From IMG/VR virus record IMGVR_UViG_3300035670_000065, positions 1 through 64,000 of that record: a DNA stretch of 64,000 bases; one strand, 5' to 3'. Under the pieces are notes generated by a model. It did no database searches, was not told the DNA's origin, and saw nothing but the letters and a program-made list of their open reading frames with translations. The DNA comes from a virus. Of the stretch, positions 58,201 through 64,000 are shown piece after piece; within the stretch, counting starts at the first letter, position 1, and each line of letters starts with the position of its first letter. A program made the position numbers and the translations under genes.

Positions 58201-61200
58201 CGCTTCTTTTTCCTTAGTTGTAGCAGCTCGGGTATTATATACTGGGTCGGAATCTGCACTTCCTTGACTGACAAGGTCCTTTACCAGATAAGAATCTACT
58301 TTATCTTTTATTATCCCATCTAGCTTTGATTTGGCTGAGGCTACTTTATCTTGAGCTAATCCTATAGAAGCACTATTGACAACCGGATTTGCAATAGTGG
58401 GGCCAAACTGAGGAGTCTTAGGATTTAGAAATCCCAGTACTCTTTCCCCTCTATTATATTTATCCAGTAACTCTTGGGAATCTAGGAAATTAATACCTGC
58501 TTGCTCGAAGGATAGTGTTACAGTACGTAGTTGGCCAGCTAATCTTATGAATGTTTCTCCGAGCCCCTCACCTACTTGTTGGAAGGCTTCAATCCACGGA
58601 GTGGCTTTAGTTATTAAGCTATCAAATGCCTTACTAAATACACCTTGTAGAGCATCTGCAATTTCATCCCCTTTTAGTCCCTGTAAAGAGACTCTTAGAT
58701 CAATAGGTACATCCTCTAAAGATTTCATTATAGGGTCAATAGCTTGGATAGTGTATCCTAGGGTACTGAGCCCTTCAGATATTGAGGTATCCATTTCCTT
58801 GAATACTAGGGATAACTGTTTAGGGACTTCCCCAGTTACCTTCTTAATATTTTCAGAGATGCTAGTACCACTGTCTGCTCCAAAACCTAAAAATCCCGAA
58901 TCTTGCCAATGTGTGGCTACTGTCTCGTACTCATTAACTATTGCAGTTACATTCTTAATTGCGGAACTGGTACCTTTAATTATTAGACCTTTATCTACAA
59001 TTTCTGTAGAACTAGAAGAGCTTCCAAATATTAAGCTGGCTAATCCACCTCCGCCTCCGCCACTCTTTCCTTCTACAGTTCCGAATGATGAAGTTTTACT
59101 TAGGATATTAGTACTTCTAGCAATTCCTCCTGCCATCTCTGCAATATTAACATCGACGCTTCTTAAGGCGCGTAGCATAGACTGGTTGTAATCTAGCATT
59201 TCAAAGCTATGTTCTGCTAGAATTTCAATACCTGAACGGATTGAGTCAGACTTGGCTGTAGAGTCACCTAGTACAGATCCTGTGCCTTGTTTTTCTTGTC
59301 TTTCTTCGGCGGTAATTCCGGTTGGGATGGATACTGAAGCACTACTACCACCACCTAGGCTAGACATAATTGCTAACATAGCGGCTACGGCCGCAAATCC
59401 TAGGGGTCCCATAGTACTAAACATGGAGGCTGCTCCGGCGGCTGTTTTTACAGGTATACTAGCAGCATGCGCTGCTGTTACAGCCCCTTCTACAGCTACT
59501 TCTGCAGTTCCTCCGGCTATTATAGCAGAAATTTTAGATCCTAATAAACTTATCTCTTTAGTAAATTCTACCACCATCATGGCCATTTTAGCCATATGCA
59601 TAGTTTTCTCTATACCATCAAGTACTTTGTAAGCTACTGTCTTTTCAGAGAACATCTTCTTGAAAGCGCCAGCACCTGTACCTATTACATCTAATTGGTT
59701 CTTTAGAGAGTCTTTTTGATACTTCTTCTCTATTTTAGCGTCGGCCTCATAGAACTCTTTAGTATCAGCTCCATACTCCTTCAATGCTTTTAATTTTTGA
59801 TCTATAAGATTTTTATCTAGGCCTTCTTGCTTAGAAGTAAAGTCCGTTAAAGCCTTAACGCCTTTAGACAGTCCATCAGCAATTGAATCCCCTACGTCGC
59901 CAAATACTGCAGACAGAGATCTACCGAATTCCTCTGTATCTTTTAGGAGTGCGGAAATTCCTGCCATTTCTTCTTTATACTTGGCTGCTGCATCTGCTCC
60001 GGCGTTGGTTGCGTCATTAACAGCAATAGTACTATCTCTTACAGCATTTTGTTGTAGTACTAGTGCAACAAGTAGGTCTACCTGTTTCTGTCTTGAAGCA
60101 TTTAAGTCATCTATTAGTGCAGTATTTGGTTCTGAACTGTCTTTGGCAGCCTGTATACTAGCATCAATATTGGATATTTTTCCTTGTACCCCTGTCTGTG
60201 CTTCTTTATCTGCTAAGGCTTGTTTTTCTAGTTCTAAGGCTTGTTTTCTTTGTGAGGCTTCTGCTTCAATTCTATTTAAGCTCTTTACATGCTCAAGTTC
60301 TGTTATAGCCCCCAATTCTTTTAGCCTATCTAGCTGGGAGGTTGCATTAGACTCTTGTGCTTGTGTTAGGTTCTCTAAGTTAGTCTTATCTTTTAGGCTA
60401 TTCTGATCTTTAATACTGGCTATTTTTGCTTCGTTAGTAAATGCTACTTCTGCGGCAGCACCTGCTTTCTCTATGTATGCAAATCTAGCCTGTTCAATTT
60501 TCTCATCAAATCCCTTATTACTCTGGGCCTTTAAACCTTCCTGCTGAGCTATAAGCTTTTTATTTCCTTTAGAACGACTTATTAGCTCTTCAAATTTTGC
60601 AGCTTCAGCGACCTGTTCAGTAGCTAACTTGCTAATCTCTAGGTCTCGTTGTTGGGCGTCTATAGCTAGTTTAGCCGAAATAGATTTATTAGCGTAAATA
60701 CCCTCTTCCTTAATAAGGAAGTCTAGTCTTTTTGCCTCATTATCTAGTTCTTCTTTCTTTAACGCTAAAGATTTTTGGGTCTGCTTTAGGGCCTCTGCTC
60801 GTATTTCTCTCTGATTAGTTAGGGAGGCTTCTTGAGACTTAAGAGCTGCTGCATACTTTTGCTCATCTCGAGCCATTAAAGCCCCTTGCGCTCCAGATAA
60901 GTTGTCGTCACCTTTTAAGCTTTTTCCATCTGCAGTGCCTGCTTGTACTGCTTTAAGCTTACCTTCTGAAACCTTTAGACTATCAATTAGATCTACTAGT
61001 TTTTTGGCCGTTGGATCTTCTTGACCAGGTTTTAAGGCATCTGGATTATCTTTAAGTTTTAGAGCAAGTTGGTTAACTGCAATTAATCTTTCATTTGATA
61101 ACTTTAGACCCTCTTGGGATAGTAATAATTTAAATCTGCTATCTATAGCCTGCTGCTCAATACCTATTTCTTGCTGTGCAATGGCCCCTCTGGCTTTAAC

Positions 61201-64000
61201 AGCCTCAGTTCCTTCAGCACCTGATAGAATAGCTTTAGATAACCCTAAAGAAGCTTTAGCTTTAGCCCTCTCCATGCCTGCTTCCATTTCAACTAAGGAG
61301 GCTCTTATTCCTTCTAGCAGACTAGCTTTTAGGGATTCTTTTAACTTTTCTTGCTCAGTTTTTAAGTCCTTTATTCTGTTAGTAACTCCAATTATTGCAG
61401 TACCATATAAACTCATCTGACGGGATTGTTCCTCAGTTATGCCTTCGCCTGCTTGCATAGCGTAGTTAATTTCATCCCGTAGTTTAGCTTCTTCTTTCTG
61501 AAATTTAGCTTTATCTTCGGAGTACTTTTTCTCTAAATTAGCTATCTCCTCAATTGCCGGTCTCATGGCTAAGAGTTTCTGTTGCTCCCCTTCGGGCAGT
61601 AGCTTTAAGGTTCCCGTATCAGAGATAATTTTAGTTAAGGAGGCCATACCCTCTTCAGCGGTTGTTATACCAGTAACCAGTTCTTGGAAACCTTTAGCAG
61701 AAGTTTGAGCAATTTTAGCTACAGGATCTGACACGGCTAGAGAATTAACATACGTGTCATATTCTTTAGTGGCTGCGGTTAGACTCTCGAAACCTGATTT
61801 GATTTTAGAAATAGGGTTATTAATGTCATTACTAGCTTCTTGCCAAGCTTTGCCAATTTGTTTAGCAGCTTCCGGAGCTTTGTCCATTAAGTCATTTAAA
61901 GCAGCTTCTAGCAGCTTAGGGTCACCCAGCAACAATTTAGGGTCAAGGCCGGCTTTTGTTAGCTTGCTATTTAACCTATCTTTAACATCGGAACTATCAA
62001 TTAACTTAATACCTTCAGTTAAAGATTTTGATAAACTTTTCGCAATATCATTTTTAGCACTACCTCCAAATAGTCCCTTAACCCAGTCTTTAGCCTTATC
62101 CCACCCAGAAGCTTCGTCTAAGGTCTTAGCAAAAGATTTACCTGTTTTATTAATAGAGTCACTTAACTCATTAAAGGCCTGAGCTTTAGCAGATATGGAT
62201 TCTACTCCTATACGCTCTAAGGGGTCTTTTTCAGCTATAAAAGATAGGGTTCTCTGGGCTCCTTCTGCTGCGGAATCCAGGGTTTTTAAGTCCTCTGAAA
62301 ATTCTTCGGCAGCTTTTCCATTTTTAGAGAAAAGTTTATCAAGCCCTGCAAGTGCTATGGCTCCTATAGCTATCACCATAAATATCTGGTTAATAGCGGC
62401 ACTTAGTAGCTCTACCCCTACCATAGCCAATCTTGCCGCGGCACCTAGTCTAATATACGCCGCCCCTAGCATTCCTATTCTGGCTCCACCTTCTCCTACG
62501 GCGGCATTGTGTCTAGCAATGTCTGCTCCTATCTCTTTCCAGGCATATTTGATGCCACCAGTTTCCGCATTTTCTACTACGGAGTTACTAATACGGCGAG
62601 ATCCTGCACGTCTAGTTAGTCTATCAGCATTTCTCTGTCTTAAATCTAGTTCACGGTCTGGAGCATCACTTCTACCTTCTGCAGCTTCTGCAGCTTGTTG
62701 AGCCGCAGTTACGGCCCTTATTTCCCCCTGTAAAGCAATGTACGCTAATCTCTTGTCATTTAGGGACTTAAGGGCTGCCTCATTCGCCAGTTTTTCGGCT
62801 CCGCTACTTTGTTGTACTTTAGCAGACATATTTGTAATAGCAGTATCTATGGCAGATAGTTTTTTACCTGTCTCTGCCGCAGCTAGTCCAAGATCTTTGG
62901 CCCCTCCTGCTATTGCATAAAATGTGGCGCTTTTCTTACCAAATAATTTGTTCTCTTCCATTAGCTGTACGGCTTTAACTCTCGAAGCTTCTGCAACTTT
63001 GTCGTATTCCGCAGCTTCAACACCATACTTATTAGATTTAAACTCAGCTAAACTAGTATTAATGCGCTTTGCTCTGGCTTCTGCCTCGTCTGCTGCGGCT
63101 GCTAATCCCCCTCTCCATTGAGAGAGGGCAGGGATGGCCTTACTTAGAAGCATTCCAGCTATTCCAGCCATTGCAGCCCCTAAAGCTACTGGAGATTCAC
63201 CCAGTATTTTAGCAATGGGTCCTAAAACTTTATTTATTAACTGTCCACCAGCTATTGCTAAGTTGGTAAATGTTGCCAGCAATTTCTGATACGGGTTAGC
63301 GTCTATATTAATAGATCCAAACTTCTTCTCACCCTGTTCAAGTACTGCAATAGCAAAAGACTGGCGTTTTTCAAATTCTGTTAACTGTGTAGCTGTCTTT
63401 CCTAGGGTTATAGCATAGTCTCTGGCTGCGCGGTCTACCTTAACCATAATGCCTAGTTCGTCTAGTAATTCTGGCTCAATTTTAGTAATACCACGGGATA
63501 GGCGACTAAGAGCATCTCCCATATCACGACCTAGTGCCTGTGATGCAGTTTTTGCAATCTTAGTCATACGTTCCATCTGTTGACTTGTAAGACCTGCTGC
63601 GTTGCCCTGAGCTACCGCAGCCATACTTTCCTTCATATTTACTGCGCCATCACTGATCTCAGACATGCGTTTAGCAAGAGTACCAAGATTCTTTCCACTA
63701 GCTGCGCCTAGCTGATTTAAGCCCTCTACCATGTTTGTAACGTCTGCGGCTTTGCTAAGAGCATTGAACGCGGCACTAACGGCGAAGATATTGGCGGCGA
63801 ATGTAGCATAGACGTGCACAAGCCCGCCTAAGCCTTGGGCTTGGCGTGCGAAGTCTCGGGATCCTCCACGTTCCATACTACCAGCAGTTCCACGTCCTAA
63901 GCCTTCGGCTGTAGGACCATCTTGGGGCCTGGCTGCGCGTGCAGCGCTGGTTTGCGAAGCTGGTCGAATATTATTAGCAATATTCTGCGCTCTACTTAGT
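55279..64000 (-). CDS. Tape measure protein (5'-partial, more than 2900 aa) with C-terminal DUF4214-like repeats
   Basis: The frame stays open from 63999 to the ATG at 63876; T5 pb2-like N-terminus (GLVHVYATFAANIFA, GITKIEPELLDELGI); long coiled coils and TM segments; C-terminal YARGG...VGEEGPEL. Confidence 0.92.
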   Translation of the reverse strand, partial: LSRAQNIANNIRPASQTSAARAARPQDGPTAEGLGRGTAGSMERGGSRDFARQAQGLGGLVHVYATFAANIFAVSAAFNALSKAADVTNMVEGLNQLGAASGKNLGTLAKRMSEISDGAVNMKESMAAVAQGNAAGLTSQQMERMTKIAKTASQALGRDMGDALSRLSRGITKIEPELLDELGIMVKVDRAARDYAITLGKTATQLTEFEKRQSFAIAVLEQGEKKFGSINIDANPYQKLLATFTNLAIAGGQLINKVLGPIAKILGESPVALGAAMAGIAGMLLSKAIPALSQWRGGLAAAADEAEARAKRINTSLAEFKSNKYGVEAAEYDKVAEASRVKAVQLMEENKLFGKKSATFYAIAGGAKDLGLAAAETGKKLSAIDTAITNMSAKVQQSSGAEKLANEAALKSLNDKRLAYIALQGEIRAVTAAQQAAEAAEGRSDAPDRELDLRQRNADRLTRRAGSRRISNSVVENAETGGIKYAWKEIGADIARHNAAVGEGGARIGMLGAAYIRLGAAARLAMVGVELLSAAINQIFMVIAIGAIALAGLDKLFSKNGKAAEEFSEDLKTLDSAAEGAQRTLSFIAEKDPLERIGVESISAKAQAFNELSDSINKTGKSFAKTLDEASGWDKAKDWVKGLFGGSAKNDIAKSLSKSLTEGIKLIDSSDVKDRLNSKLTKAGLDPKLLLGDPKLLEAALNDLMDKAPEAAKQIGKAWQEASNDINNPISKIKSGFESLTAATKEYDTYVNSLAVSDPVAKIAQTSAKGFQELVTGITTAEEGMASLTKIISDTGTLKLLPEGEQQKLLAMRPAIEEIANLEKKYSEDKAKFQKEEAKLRDEINYAMQAGEGITEEQSRQMSLYGTAIIGVTNRIKDLKTEQEKLKESLKASLLEGIRASLVEMEAGMERAKAKASLGLSKAILSGAEGTEAVKARGAIAQQEIGIEQQAIDSRFKLLLSQEGLKLSNERLIAVNQLALKLKDNPDALKPGQEDPTAKKLVDLIDSLKVSEGKLKAVQAGTADGKSLKGDDNLSGAQGALMARDEQKYAAALKSQEASLTNQREIRAEALKQTQKSLALKKEELDNEAKRLDFLIKEEGIYANKSISAKLAIDAQQRDLEISKLATEQVAEAAKFEELISRSKGNKKLIAQQEGLKAQSNKGFDEKIEQARFAYIEKAGAAAEVAFTNEAKIASIKDQNSLKDKTNLENLTQAQESNATSQLDRLKELGAITELEHVKSLNRIEAEASQRKQALELEKQALADKEAQTGVQGKISNIDASIQAAKDSSEPNTALIDDLNASRQKQVDLLVALVLQQNAVRDSTIAVNDATNAGADAAAKYKEEMAGISALLKDTEEFGRSLSAVFGDVGDSIADGLSKGVKALTDFTSKQEGLDKNLIDQKLKALKEYGADTKEFYEADAKIEKKYQKDSLKNQLDVIGTGAGAFKKMFSEKTVAYKVLDGIEKTMHMAKMAMMVVEFTKEISLLGSKISAIIAGGTAEVAVEGAVTAAHAASIPVKTAAGAASMFSTMGPLGFAAVAAMLAIMSSLGGGSSASVSIPTGITAEERQEKQGTGSVLGDSTAKSDSIRSGIEILAEHSFEMLDYNQSMLRALRSVDVNIAEMAGGIARSTNILSKTSSFGTVEGKSGGGGGGLASLIFGSSSSSTEIVDKGLIIKGTSSAIKNVTAIVNEYETVATHWQDSGFLGFGADSGTSISENIKKVTGEVPKQLSLVFKEMDTSISEGLSTLGYTIQAIDPIMKSLEDVPIDLRVSLQGLKGDEIADALQGVFSKAFDSLITKATPWIEAFQQVGEGLGETFIRLAGQLRTVTLSFEQAGINFLDSQELLDKYNRGERVLGFLNPKTPQFGPTIANPVVNSASIGLAQDKVASAKSKLDGIIKDKVDSYLVKDLVSQGSADSDPVYNTRAATTKEKEAYKEVLANNMLTSSSKEVQSAAKELADAEKELADATRTGANDAEAFVYQVIKLQDSLVKGAGGLESFTEKMEFYTDNFLTETEKLDPVRFRLFNTFQDTRAASGKDNALGDAIPGLGKQLKDFGLQVPKTKAEFKSAFTTVSESLSTTGQAGIDLLNSLLDVMPAFEAVASAEEARAQLLFDTNVAIQEVSGGMLDQFQAQEALTTSTRANILATEDLSSANIAAYESLWKLEDGAKKAELFGISISGMQDNIMDSFKDGKNVGKELGTYLADSLSIGLANTFASQVGSIIMNTVVTPLMKNVVIGEGVVKLASNISVAGMITTAQEQITKLSTVFKTLLSSPEWKNLIASLSSGFNIDMPDFGVRDIQLRKDAEKDSKKDAEDSAKKLADILKQLAEDTKKAERELARLGLSTWERQQAEVNDKVEDYTAKLLEVGATLEQVTSSTSTYAAAQLALYKAQNKRAADNKVTEITDRIFEITSTAAQKALVDIDKQTAAFTKFFEDIGQLTSETEKLIGTFRKALVAQQQLALNNQKLTLEQRIYNLTGRESQANAISREQELSGTSEQFKPILEYIYALEDAKEIQEKLNDTYTESVKVLRDNVKALRDYKKSLLLSDSSTLTPTQKYGEAKSQYEATVIAALTRGSTEAEKTAQQAAIDKLPEVSDKFLEASRGLFASSAQYTQDFNSVLQMLDSTAISLSAQADVEQLQLDALGIIATNTQTTAQLTAQLGIAMDAVKNTLGAAIAAGSGAAGGSYTQPNIYNDLVSGLYKDTLGRKGESTGMDYWMGQLSSGALDTTTITKAFNNEAYKEIVNDLYYKGLGRAPEQAGYDYWLTQLQTGAVGLSNIKGVFAHSASQNGEVFRQYARGGLASGMSLVGEEGPELVDFATPARVYPAGQTMGMLSTNNTELLQELKYLREEVKRMREEQIKHTGSLITSTYDSSNRMAEAVAEAVDTAVSEVVWADRSKVRMV

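Noticed and set aside
56051-63121. Numerous + strand ORFs opposite the tape measure gene, and similar antisense ORFs across 29-54 kb
   Set aside because: Antisense shadows of long genes, with no RBS or recognisable motifs
1-64000. Stop-codon reassignment, suggested by frequent TAG-containing words
   Set aside because: Core genes are full length in the standard code, and several genes end in TAG
1-64000. tRNA, rRNA, CRISPR array or integrase
   Set aside because: Intergenic gaps are short and accounted for by promoters and terminators; none recognised by eye

Overview
This 64-kb window comes from a lytic T5-like siphophage (Demerecviridae-type organisation). The + strand (1-25.5 kb) carries the T5 replication block in T5 order: PC4-like protein, split NAD-dependent ligase, D5, DnaB helicase, primase, family A polymerase, D10, D11/SSB, D12/D13 (SbcD/SbcC), D14, D15 and dUTPase. 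It also encodes ThyX, glutaredoxin and a class II reductase (NrdJ). Mobile elements are three related free-standing GIY-YIG endonucleases and a group I intron (15441-16609, LAGLIDADG ORF in L8) that splits the SSB gene; I could not find P2 or P9 in this ribozyme. The - strand (26.5-64 kb) carries a tape measure gene of more than 2900 aa that runs off the window edge and contains two DUF4214-like repeats. It is followed by non-T5 tail-tip and fibre genes, a papain protease fused to DUF4214, a permuted NlpC/P60 protein and membrane proteins. Next is a separately promoted 12.5-kb cassette of large structural-looking genes with shared domains (a possible virion appendage), which includes a recently captured GC-rich segment of about 3.6 kb. 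The arm ends with holin, spanins, an M15 endolysin and phoH. All calls come from reading motifs and synteny by eye; no database searches were run.
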